Origin: the human T2T-CHM13v2.0 reference genome, Homo sapiens
Length of the DNA: 64,000 nt
Direction: 5' to 3' (one strand)
NCBI RefSeq assembly: GCF_009914755.1
Contig: NC_060947.1
Part shown: one piece after another, positions 25,908 through 38,800 of the stretch
Layout of the letters: the number at the start of each line of letters is the position of its first letter
How positions within the stretch are numbered: position 1 is the stretch's first letter
Made by a program: the position numbers and the translations under genes
Notes under the pieces: model-generated
Told to the model about the DNA's origin: nothing
The model's database searches: none
The model's input: only the letters and a program-made list of their open reading frames with translations

Positions 25908-26949
25908 AGTCAACCAGGCAATAGCAAAAAGCTATCATCCAGTCTTCAGTAATGGTGTACGTGAAAAGAATAAAAATAACTGGAAGTTATTTATAGAGTA
26001 TAAACCCTCTGGTTTCATAAACCGTGTATGCTGCTATTTGCTCAGTTTTATTCCACAAACAACTGCAGTGTCTAAGGCTCCCAAACCTCTGCTTTCCTAG
26101 ACTGATGAAGGAAGTGATTAGTAATACCATTAACAAATAACAGAAGAGTAAAAAGAATAAAGGGAAGCAAAGATTTCTTTTTGTTACTACTTCTAGTTTT
26201 CTGCCTATTTAAAATTGTCTTTCTTACAGAAATGTGCCATCTCATGGAAGGAAGCCCACACATGTTTGAACTATTTTCTTTTGCACTTTCATTTGTTAAA
26301 TGTGCATAAATAGTGGGGATCTTCCTCGGAGCTCCAGATTTTTCTCTCATCTTACACTGATCCTTTCTCTATGGTGAATATGCTCAGCGGCATCATCTTT
26401 TTTCCCCCAAATGCCTTTACAACAAGGTATTACTGTGTCTCACTTGCATTAGGGCCCACCTACTTTGCACCCCTGAGGCTGTGCCTGTGCTTTCATTAGG
26501 ATTCCAACTGCATCGCTGGCCAGGCTTCCATCCATCTGTTGATAAGTTGCAGCTCCTCTGCGATTCTTTTTGGAATTACCAGGCAAATACTGGACTGATG
26601 CTTCAGCAAATCCCCAAATTCTTTCTTTATTTTTATTTGGTCATGTGTTACACTTACTTTCACTCTTGGCCTTTAACTTTTCTGTGAACTGACTTAGTCA
26701 GAAAATTCCAATTGGAGGTGTCTTTTCTTATATCATTTTGCTTGTGCTTTTAGGTTTTGGAAATTTGTAGTCCTGTGCTTATGAAGTTTACCTGTTTGCA
26801 AGGGCTTGTTGACTTAATCCCGTATTATCTCCACTTTATCCCTTAGGCTCTCTCCCTGACAGTCCCTTTGGTTGTTTCTTAAAGGCCAAACTCATTTTGA
26901 TAACTTCCCAGCATCCTTCTTCTGCCTCATCATTTTTCTAGATTATTTC

Positions 26950-27200
26950 TTTGAGGACTCCACTTAAGAGTCATCTCTTCCTCTTTCATGGTACCAGCCC
27001 CTCCCAGTCTGAACCAAGTGCCCCATGTATAGACCATGGCATGACACTAATAGGTGCGTTGAAGGGATCAGCTTTTATGTTTCCCCTGCTGCCTGAAAAC
27101 TTTGAGGTTCTTGAAAACAAAGACTGTATGTTATTCATTTTTCTATCCTCAGACCTTTGTACATTGTTCATCACATAGTAGGTGCCCAATACATGTTCCT
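26950..27200 (+). mobile_element. L2 3' fragment
   Basis: tttgaggttcttgaaaacaaagactgtatgttattcatttttctatcc...cacatagtaggtgcccaatacatgtt. Confidence 0.65.
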
Positions 27201-27623
27201 GGCAATGTTGGTTCCATGTTAAAGGTTGTTAGGCTGCTTCATTTTCTTACTGTGGATTATTTTTGTTATCTATAGATGCGTTCTGTTTTGGGGGAAAAAA
27301 CATCATGGGATACTTGGAGACATATCTGTCATGTAACTAGCACTTTGCAGGGCAAAAATATTTGAATATGGACTGTGAAACATTGGTTGAACGAATTAGT
27401 TTTTTCTTTAATGTGTGGAGGGCATCCAGGGACATAAATGTTAGACTCTAGACTTTTAGGCAAATGTTTTAGAAAGGCACCCCTCCCCAGTGAAAATAAA
27501 GTCACCATTGTCACCTTAATTAATTACAAATAAAAAGGTCTTACTTTGAGGTGGGTTCCACTAGAAAGGATGTCTTTTCCCAGAGGCTGAGCTCAGTTGC
27601 AGATTTTGTTTCTAGGCTACACG

Positions 27624-27808
27624 TTAGCCATGCCTGTTAGCATGGCAGCTAAGTTGTTTTGAAGCATCAGACATTAGGGCTCTTGTAAACTTATAGAAAA
27701 TGTGTCTATGATTAGGAATGTAAGCACTCTTTGAGTGATCCAGCAGCAGACAGAATCAAATAGTAATTTGGAATAAAAGCATTTTTGTTGTGATAATTAA
27801 GCACCATT
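27624..27808 (+). repeat. local direct duplication, copy 1 (partner 29026-29209)
   Basis: hand alignment: about 22 differences in 185 bp (~88%). Confidence 0.95.
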
Positions 27809-29025
27809 GTTAGATTCCATACGCTGAACTGAAAACCCACGTATGTCTGTAATTGATGGCTGAAATGGTTGAATATAGCCTCCGTATTTGTTACCAGATT
27901 GGCTCCAATATATTTGGTCTGTAAATAACATTGGAGTAGTGCACACATCTATAGGGAGCTAAGTTTTACCTGAGATGCACATGCACAATTTTCTCTGAGT
28001 TCAGTGCAAGGCCAAACACAATTTAGTTTGGTGAATAACAGGCTTTTATCAGCAGCATGTATATCACAGCTACACATGTTTTGAAAAATAAAGCGATTGT
28101 TGTCATTTGCCATAGTAAAAGAGAGTTGTCTGTTGTAATATATTTAAATGATGCTGTTAGTCATTTATGCCCCAACATAAATGCTGTTTCATGTTTGTTT
28201 TATTAAATATAGTAGTATCGAAAGAATATTTTGTTGCTCAAAGACCTACATGAAAACTGGACTAAATAAAATTAAGGAGCTATCACTGCATGCAGTGTGT
28301 GGAAACCAAGTAAAAAGTTTGATGTTTTGTTACTGTGACTGGAAAACTCGTCATGAAACTGACAGCTGAGCTTTATTAAAGCATTTAATGTGCAAGATGG
28401 CCAAATAGACATGATAAAATATGAGGATTTCTTTAGAGTAAATAATTTGAGGTGCTATGAAGGACATGGAGGAGTGGCAGAATTCAGCCTGGAGTTCTTG
28501 TGTGTACTAAGAGTGAAAAAGGGAGGTAGGTCAGCGTCTCTTTTGCAGTCCCATTAAACTAATTTCCTTTGGGTCAGGCATCACTATTGTGCAGATAGTG
28601 CATGATTTTTAGAGATAACATGTAACTTTGCAACCCTCTCTGCTGCCAAGTTGGTAAGAGCTCAGAGACTGCAAACTGAGCTGAACATGCTATGCTGTTT
28701 ATAAACCAAGGTGCATCTATGGAACTAGTACTTTAATACTTGTCCAAGTAGTGCTGCATTTGCCTGGATACACTTGCCCATTCATATCCAGGGGCTTTTT
28801 GCCCAGTGCCTCCTATTTGCCAGATGGCTGCTACTGGTTATGAGTCAGTGAAGCCTGTGGTTATCAAATTGAACTCAGCTTCTAGGAGGCTCTTAGGGGG
28901 CTTATCCTTGGAACCAGCCCATCCACCTTTTGTAAAAGAACCCCCAAGTAAAATATCTGTCATTGGATATTTATTTAAGGGGAAAATAGGTAAAATAAAA
29001 TGAAAAATATTATCTTCCTATTCTT

Positions 29026-29209
29026 TTAGCCAAGTCTCTTAGCACGGTAGCTAAGCCGTTTTGAAGCATCAGACATCAGAGCTCTTGTAAGTGTAAAGAA
29101 AATGTGTCTAGATCAGGAATGCAAGCACCCTTAGAGTGATCCAGCAGCAGACATAATCAAATAGTAATTTGAAATAAAAGGATTTTTGTTGTGATAATGA
29201 AGCACCATT
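29026..29209 (+). repeat. local direct duplication, copy 2 (partner 27624-27808)
   Basis: shared ttttgaagcatcagacat, gagtgatccagcagcagaca, aatcaaatagtaatttg, atttttgttgtgataat. Confidence 0.95.
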
Positions 29210-29309
29210 TTTTCATTCAGATGAAGTTGTAGAAAAGACCAAAACAAAATTTTAAAGAAAATTATTTGAAGTTAGGCACATTTTTGAAGAAACAAGTTCA
29301 TAACAGTTT

Positions 29310-29360
29310 TATATATATATATGTGTGTGTGTGTGTGTATATATATATATGTGTGTGTAT
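29310..29360. repeat. (TA)n(TG)n compound microsatellite
   Basis: read directly. Confidence 0.95.
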
Positions 29361-29612
29361 TTTTAAAAAATAAGCTTAGGTAAGTGGGTTGAAATAAAAT
29401 AATTGTACTTAATGTAAATAACAAATCAATTTTATACTATTATTACAGCTCTTAAAAAACTTTTTATTTTGACATACAGAAAGTTATAAGAATCATGGAA
29501 AGAATTCTCATATCCCTATTACCCAGATTCCTCCTATGTTGACATTTGTACCACATTGCTTCCTTCTTCCCTCTCTCACAAATATATACATATATGCACC
29601 TCCTACACACAA

Positions 29613-31108
29613 ACATGTGTATATATACACACATATATACACATATGTGTATATATGTATATATACACACATATATACACATATGTGTATATATGTATAT
29701 ATACACATATATACACATATGTGTATATGTATATGTACACATATATACACATATGTGTATATGTATATGTACACATATATACACATATGTGTATATGTAT
29801 ATGTACACATATATACACATATGTGTATATGTATATGTACACATATATACACATATGTGTATATGTATATGTACACATATACACATATGTGTATATGTAT
29901 ATGTACACATATATACACATATGTGTATATGTATATGTACACATATATACATATGTGTATATGTATATATACACATACGTATACACACATATACGTATAC
30001 GTATACACACATATACATATACGTATACACATACATATACGTATACACACATATACATATACGTATACGTATACACACATATATAATATACGTATACGTA
30101 TACACACATATATAATATACGTATACGTATACGTATACACACATATACGTATACGTATACACACATATACGTATACGTATACACACATATACACGTATAC
30201 GTATACACACATATACACGTATACGTATACGTGTACACACATATACACGTATATACGTATACGTGTACACACATATACACGTATATACGTATACGTGTAC
30301 ACACATATATATACACGTATATATACGTATACGTGTACACACACACACGTATATATACGTATACGTGTACACACACACGTATATATACGTATACGTGTAC
30401 ACACACGTATATATACGTATACGTGTACACACACACGTATATATACGTATACGTGTACACACACACGTATATATACGTATACGTGTACACACACACGTAT
30501 ATACGTATACGTGTACACACACACACGTATATACGTATACGTGTACACACACACGTATATACGTATACGTGTACACACACATACACGTATATACGTATAC
30601 GTGTACACACACATACACGTATATACGTATACGTGTACACACACATACACGTATATACGTATACGTGTACACACACATACGTATACGTGTACACACACAT
30701 ACACGTATACGTGTACACACACATACACGTATACGTGTACACACACATACACGTATACGTGTACACACATATACACGTATACGTGTACACACATATACAC
30801 GTATACGTCTACGTGTACACACATATACACGTATACGTCTACGTGTACACACATATACACGTATACGTCTACGTGTACACACATATACACGTATACGTCT
30901 ACGTGTACACACATATACACGTATACGTCTACGTGTACACACATATATACGTATACGTGTACACACATATATACGTATACGTGTACACACATATATACGT
31001 ATACGTATACGTGTACACACATATATACGTATACGTATACGTGTACACACATATATACGTATACGTATACGTGTACACACATATATACGTATACGTATAT
31101 GTATACAC
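29613..31108. repeat. ~1.5 kb complex TA/CA/TG/CG alternating purine-pyrimidine array with 24-38 bp higher-order units
   Basis: 34-mer acacatatatacacatatgtgtatatgtatatgt from 29703; five identical 30-mers acgtgtacacacatatacacgtatacgtct at 30781-30930. Confidence 0.98.
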
Positions 31109-31800
31109 AAATACACTTTTTTCCTGACTTGTTTGAGAATAAGTCACAGACATATTGAACATAAAGTTCAATGTATACTTACTAAAAATAAAGATTCTTT
31201 TACATAAGCACAGCATATTGATCAAAATCAGGAAGCTAATATTGGTACTAATCTATCTAAATACTTTAATCTAAAGGCTTTATTCAGATTTTGCCAATCG
31301 TTCCAATAATGTCCTTTAGAGCAAAAGAAAATCCAGGGTCACATGGTGCATTGGGTTATTATGTTTCTTAAGTCTCCTTTAATCTGGGACGTTCCTCGCT
31401 CTGTCTTTGTTATTTCATGTCCTTGATATTTTTGAAAATACAGGGCAGTTATTTTGCAAAGTGTCCTTCATTTTGGGTTTGTCTTATTAGTTTTGTCTTT
31501 GTTAGTTTTCTAGTGATTAGAGTCGTATTATGTACTACTGGCAGGAATACCACAAAAGTGACGTTGTGTTCTTCTCAGTGCATCATTTTAGGAGGAACAT
31601 TGTTGATTTGTCCCATTACTGGTGATGTTAACTTTGATCATTTGCTTAAGGTGGTAAGGTGATAGAAAGCTTGTCACGATAATGCCAGGTTTCTTCCCTA
31701 TAAAGTTAGTATTTTTTTCTTTGTAAATAGTAAATATCTTGTAGGGAAGTACTTTGAGACTATGTAAATGATCTTGCTGCTCATCAAAATTTTACCCACA

Positions 31801-32695
31801 AACTAATTAAAAAATAAGAAGGACATATGAATATGCTCATTTCTTCAAAGAGCATATACAAATGTCCAATAAGCATATCTAAAGATGCTCAACATCATTA
31901 ATCATCAGGGAAATGCAAACCAAAACCTCAAAATCAAAACCACAGTGAGATACCACATCACATCTGCTAAAGTAACTATGCTTAAGAAGACACATAATGA
32001 CAAATGCTGAAAAAGTGGAGAAATTGGAATCTTCATTCATTCCTGCTGAGAACATACAATGGTATAGCCACTGTGGGAAACAGTTTGGTAGTTCTTTAAA
32101 ATGTTAAACATAGAGTTACCATATGACCCAGCAATTTTACTCCTAAGTATATACCCAAGAGAATCGAAAACATTTGCTCACACCAGAACTTGTACACAAA
32201 TTTTTATAGCAGAACTAATCACAATAACCAAAAGGTAAAAACATCCCAAATGTCTATCAACTGGTGAGTTCACAAACAAAATGTGATATATCCATATAAT
32301 GGAATATTATTCAGCCACGAAAAAGGATGAAGTACTGATGCATGTTACAACTTGTACCTCAACTTGGACAACCTTGAAAACATTATGCTAAATGAAAGAA
32401 GGCAGACACAAAAGGCCACATATTGTATGATTCCATTTATGTAAAATGTGCAGAATAGACGAAGACACAGTGACAGAAGGTAAATTAGTGGTTGTAACTG
32501 TTTAGTGATGGAAGGATGGAGTGCAACTGCTTAATGAGTACAGGGTTTCCTTGGGGTTAATAAATAGTGTTCTGGAATTAATAATGGTTATGGTTCCATA
32601 ACCTTGTGAGTACACTAAAAACATCTAAATTATACACTTTAAAATAGTAAATTGTATGGTATGTGAATTGTATCTCAGTAAAGCCATTACAAAAA
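31801..32695 (+). mobile_element. L1MB-type 3' end inserted into the L1MC5-like element
   Basis: aagatgctcaacatcattaatcatcagggaaatgcaaac...gagttaccatatgacccagcaatt...gtatgtgaattgtatctcagtaaagc. Confidence 0.85.
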
Positions 32696-32782
32696 CTGAA
32701 GTTTCCCTCACTAGATTTAGCATTCATTGACAATTCTGCTGAATCAATTATTATTGTGGTGGATGCCAAATGGTGATTTTTT

Positions 32783-32940
32783 TAAAAATAGGCTTTATTT
32801 TTAAGAGCATTTTTAGTTTCATAGCAAAATTGAGCAGAGGGTACAGAGATTTTCCATATGCACCCTGCCCCCATACATGTATAGCCACTCACCATAATAG
32901 TATCATGCATAGTAGTTTCTATGTCCTAAAAGTCCCTGCA
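32783..32940 (-). mobile_element. L1MC1/2-like 3' end fragment
   Basis: ctttatttttaagagcatttttagtttcatagcaaaattgagcagagggtacagagattttccatat. Confidence 0.6.
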
Positions 32941-33962
32941 AATGCTAAGTCCTCTTAGCAGATAGAGTTAGAAAATCCATGTGTATACATATGTTCATAT
33001 ATGCATATGTATATACACACATCTATTATATATTTTTTATCTTTCTTTCATACAGACTTCAATATAGACAAAGACACACATTAAAAGCTACAAGTTTGTA
33101 CTCATACTCTAATTTCCATCTGACATAACAGGGTTCATTCTTTCTTTTTCCTTTTCCGTATTTATAACTCCTTTTTCTGACACTGAGAAACCTGAGTCCA
33201 ATTATTCACTATATATTAACTAATTAACTCAATTCTAGAATACACGGAAAAGTACTTTCAGAATTGCTAACCCACGACACTATGGAAAGAAGCCTACTAG
33301 CTAGTGTACAATATTTGCTTAGAGTTATTTTTGTCTTTAGCCTAAGGACATATAGTTTGAAGATTGTGTGCAAAAATCACTTACATTAGCTCTTAGTCGC
33401 CTTACGCCTCCACCCCCACTGTGGATATGTTATTCATTTGAAATATACTTAAGTTTGCTTATTTCTGTTTGAATTCCTTTAAAAGTTTTGTTTTTTCACC
33501 TTTGTTTATTTTTTCTTTTCTTTTTGTAAAAAAAACACTGTGAAACATTAACATGCTTTCAAATGTCAGAACTTTTTCATTTAAAAAGGTATCCGGGATC
33601 TTACTCAACATCAGTTTATAGAGATCTTCCTCAGTTTAAAGCTTATTTTAATTAAATAAATCTCTAGTAGAGGAATGTTCAATAATGTATTGGTCTCTTT
33701 ACAAGAAAAAAAAAGTCATTTTATTTTCTGTTTTGAATTTTATTTTCAAATTCCTGGGTCTGAGAAACTGTTAAAATGGTGGCAGAGTATGTCCAAGGAA
33801 ACATTAGCATTCAAGAGAGAAAACTAGGAAAATGACTGATGTAGTAATTAAATAATCAAGGAAGGTATTGAAAAACTGAATTTTATTGTGTCTGCTTGCC
33901 AGCTGTTAAAATGAGGAGCCCAGGTCAGCTTGACGTAGTTATTTGCCCCTGGAGTTAAATGA

Positions 33963-34250
<288 letters not shown>

Positions 34251-34674
34251 GAAATGATCACTTTTTAACTCAATGCCTACTTAGTGGCAAGTGCTATTTA
34301 GGACATAAAAGAAACATGAGATTTGGCTGCTGACTTTACAGAACATCAGATCTAATTGGAGAAACCAACCAAACATGTACAAAAAGAAAATTAAATCTTT
34401 CCAAATTCAGGAAAATAGAGGTGCTGTTCCAGGATACTAAATAATTACTTGACTAAATGGATTGTCCCTGCTTCCAAGGAAGCCCTGACTCCTCTGAGAG
34501 TAGTTCAAAGGTGAAGTACTCTGAGAACTGGATTGATCGGGGAATGTCTGAGGATGAGTTAGGGTTGAGATAATTTTTGGGAGGGCACATGGGTAGGTGA
34601 AAGGAACCAGGGATCTACTGCAGAAGGTAAGACAGCTACTGGGTACAAACATAGGTAGGACTGTCCAGCGGTTT

Positions 34675-34915
34675 TGATGAAAGAGCTAGAGCCAGACTCC
34701 CTGGATTTCACTATGGTGGTCCTGCCATTTATTAGCCCTACAATTGTGATCAAGTCACTCATTGCTCTAAGCATAAGTTACCCTCATCTATAAAATGGAG
34801 TGATAATAGTACCTGCCACCTAGAGATCTTGTGAGACCAAAATAAGATAATCCATTCAACTTTTAGCACAGTGCTTGGCACAGAGTATGCTCTCAATACA
34901 CATTTGCTATTTATC
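34675..34915 (+). mobile_element. MIR SINE
   Basis: ctcatctataaaatggagtgataatagtacct...tagcacagtgcttggcacagagtatgctctcaata. Confidence 0.85.
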
Positions 34916-34969
34916 ATGCAAAAGCATGAGGGCAAGGAAGCATAAGATGTAATTTAAGAAGACTGAGTA

Positions 34970-35630
<661 letters not shown>

Positions 35631-35681
35631 TGAATTATAGGTTTATACATACTTGGAAAAACTTCTTTACCTCACTTCCAG

Positions 35682-35828
35682 AAGATGTGAATATGGAAGT
35701 GGAAGAATTAGTAGCAACAGTGGCAACGTTTATATTACCAGAAGATAATCTCAGCTGCGCCATGATGGAAATACATATTAGGCTTTTAGAATTTGTAGAG
35801 ATTAATATTCCACAAGTGTTCATTTCAG
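35682..35828 (+). other. candidate 147-bp exon, open in one frame (phase 1-1)
   Basis: acceptor cttctttacctcacttccag, donor CAG|gtaaca; lies within ORF 35630-35908. Confidence 0.25.
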
Positions 35829-38800
35829 GTAACATTAGCTTTCTTTCCTCTCATAAGTATACATTATTACAAGAGGATAATACTCAGATTGTTGAATTAG
35901 AGTGGTGATAAGTGTTTTAGTAAACCTATGGAAACACTTCTCAATCTGAGCTCTGTCAGTCTGCAAATTAAGCAAATATATACCCAGTTCATCTTTTCAG
36001 TGTAGTTTAAATATTTGAGACAAAGAATTCTTCAATATTTAGAGAATAGGACAGATATTGGACTAATAAGAGATGCTCCTCTGAATACTTTTACATATTT
36101 CATTGGTGACCAAAGTACTTTTTTATTATCTATATTATAATTGATATCAATAGACAGTTTAAACCATAGGATCACTGACTGATAGAGCAGGCCTTTAGAA
36201 ATTTTCTGGCCCACTCTCTTCATTCAATCTAATGGGGTAGGCTTAGACAGCATCAATTACTTGCCCAAGGTCACACACTTAATACAGCCTCTCTTCCCTC
36301 CTTCCCTCCCTCGCTATCTCCTTCCTTTTTGGCTTCCTCCTCCTCTTCTTTTCTCCCTCCATCCTCCTTCCCCCTTCCATATTTTCTTCCAACAAACATT
36401 TGAAATTGGACACATTCTAGGTGCTAGACCCAATTCTGAGCACTGGAGACCCAACAATTTACGAGGTAAAAGTGTTCCTTGCTCTCATCACTCTAGCCTA
36501 TACTCTTAATAACTGTTTCTAGACTAGAGCTTATACACTACTCCATTACTCTGCTGAGGATTCACTGATTCAGATAATCTAGAAGGGGAGATACTTTCTG
36601 CATTAAACAAAAACAGTTGTAACATACAGCCAGCCTTTTGCATATTTTAGGGGATATGTACAAGAAGAGCTATTATTTTTACATTGATTCTAACAGTGTT
36701 TCCAAAGCCAGAAGGAGCCAACCACTCCAAAATTGAATGACCAATGGGAAATTACTTTTAAATATATTACTCATGATGAAAAAGCATGCATTTTAGTATA
36801 TGAATATTTTATTAAGCAAAGTGCCTGTGACTGGCTCCAGAATTTTGTAATACTTAGTGTGAAATATGTAATAAATTGCATAATTGAAAAAAGAAAGGTG
36901 ATTACAAAAACATGGCTTAAGGGGCTAATAACTCCTAGAAAGAGCACACCAATGCATAACTGCTTGAGCATTAGAATACTATATCTTGAAAAAGGCCTGT
37001 AGTGAAAGTTTGAGTTGAACCCTTAAAAGGAAACATCACGCTAAAGTTACCTTTATCTCTTTGCCAAAGGAAAGCGGTTGATTGTTGAAAAGTGGCTGAA
37101 GTTGATTGCATGGTCAGCCTGGCCCTAAAGTACCCTTACAAATGAGACAGAAAATCCAGAGTTATATGCCCTCCAACTGAGAAAGCATATTTATTGACTT
37201 GAAGACATATTAGTTTTTCAGGCATGCTTAGAGATCTACTCTCTGTTTTCCTTAGGTATTATTCATTCTATGTATCTTCAAGTCCCGTAATTTCCCAGAC
37301 ACTCTGCATACTGTTTGCCCGTAGTAGATGTCACATGTAGGTTTGCTGATAGCATTGATTTTGCATGGGTTTCAGCTCCCGCCAAAAGGCAGTCCTTTGA
37401 GCTCCTCTTTAGGGAGCATAGGTGTGCTTTTAACTGTGGTGGCTTCATTAGTCTTGGTCCCTTCAATGCCGTTAGTGGATTTTTAACAGAAGGAAACTAG
37501 CCTGCTCCCTTACTCTCTGCAGCACGGGTTCTTATGCAGTACATGTATTCACATGGGTCTTATACATACCACAGCTTTTCAAGGGAATGAAATGTCAACG
37601 TTAATCCAGAATTGGTGATATTTGTTCATATATGTAAAATGTAGACATTTCTAATACAATTATGTGGGTCTGTCAAAGTTACTCCTTGAAGTGACGTGTG
37701 TGAGTAGTGCCATCGCTTTAAGGGTGGCACTCACAAAACTGGCAGAGGCCATAGATGTGCAGCAGACAGTGAAGGTTTCACAGCTGTCACCTCATCAGGC
37801 CTCTACTTTGTTAGTCCCTCCAACAAACCAGAGGGAAACTGTTTATGGAGGGCAGAGACGGGACTGATTCATGAATCCTGGATTCCAATGAAGATCATAT
37901 TGAGTTTGCGGAGTCGTTCAGTGATTCAACTTGCAGAAACTATCATGTAGATTTTATTTCTCCAAAGCAATCATTCCTGTTCACATTTTTAAAAAAATCA
38001 AAATCTGAGTCTTACCTGATTGGTACACTTTCCTTCTACTGTGAAAGTTGTGCTTTAAGTAAAGGCAGCAATATCAAAACAGTATGCAATTTCTACTAGC
38101 TTACCAGTGTAGTCATGTTTGTATGGTCACCCCCATGCCACTGTCTTCTTCTTTTTGATCATCTGCTCTGGATTGTTTGAGAGAGCTTGAACCAGGCTAA
38201 ACTAAAGTGACTCACAGCACTCCCTGGTGTTTCTATTGTGAGTCGGCGTCAGAACTTGTAGAACCGCAAAAACATACTCAGATTTCAGTTCTCCATGTTC
38301 ACTTTAGAGATCACATGAGACACTATATGTTACTGAGTAAAAGAAACTGAATCCATGCCATGGATCCATATGGCATGTGGACAGTTAAGAGCTGAACTAG
38401 GTTGGCATTTGCAGCAGGGGAGTTGGAAAAGTGGCCTGATCATACCTAGCCAGCAGGTCTCTCGGTGCAGTGACAAGACAATCAAATTGGCAGGCTTTGA
38501 GAACTTTCCTCTTTCAGCATAAGGAGGGAGGGGGGCAGAGAGGCAGTGAGAGGCATTTAACTGTGCTGATGTGACTTTTTAAATTTGTTGCCACTGATGC
38601 CACGGACGTTAATTCTGGCAGGGTTAATTATGAGAAATTAAAAAGCTGCTCTGAACAGACTGTACCTTTCACACTCTGATAAAGCAGGCTCTGACATGAG
38701 AACATCTCTTCATTAATATCCATCCCCAAAGGGCTACTACATGCAGCATTTGGAATATGAATCTTGAACTTCCAGGGACAATGCAGGACACCATGGAGAT

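Larger units (their letters stand above)
29462..33630 (-). mobile_element. L1MC5-like 3' UTR, interrupted by the RY array, an L1MB copy and an L1MC1-like fragment
   Basis: ttttattttgacatacagaaagtt...acccagattcctcc; aatctgggacgttcctc; attactggtgatgttaactttgatca; tactttgagactatgtaaat; resumes at ~32700 with tttagcattcattga. Confidence 0.75.

Noticed and set aside
27624-29209. Paired LTRs of a small retroelement (TRIM-like)
   Set aside because: No TG..CA ends, primer-binding site or flanking TSD visible. Kept only as a local duplication.
29613-31108. CRISPR-like or coded repeat-spacer array
   Set aside because: Units are contiguous slippage variants of one another with no unique spacers, there are no cas genes, and the context is primate DNA.
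29464-31225. Overlapping ORFs up to 550 aa on both strands (Y/T/H/I/V/C/R/M-rich)
   Set aside because: All stop codons need two adjacent purines, so an RY-alternating array is almost automatically open in every frame. The peptides are low-complexity artefacts.
38354-38377. Small inverted repeats (catgccat/atggcatg here; others near 2017-2039 and 41238-41265)
   Set aside because: Stems of 8-9 bp are expected by chance in 64 kb and too short for a pre-miRNA.
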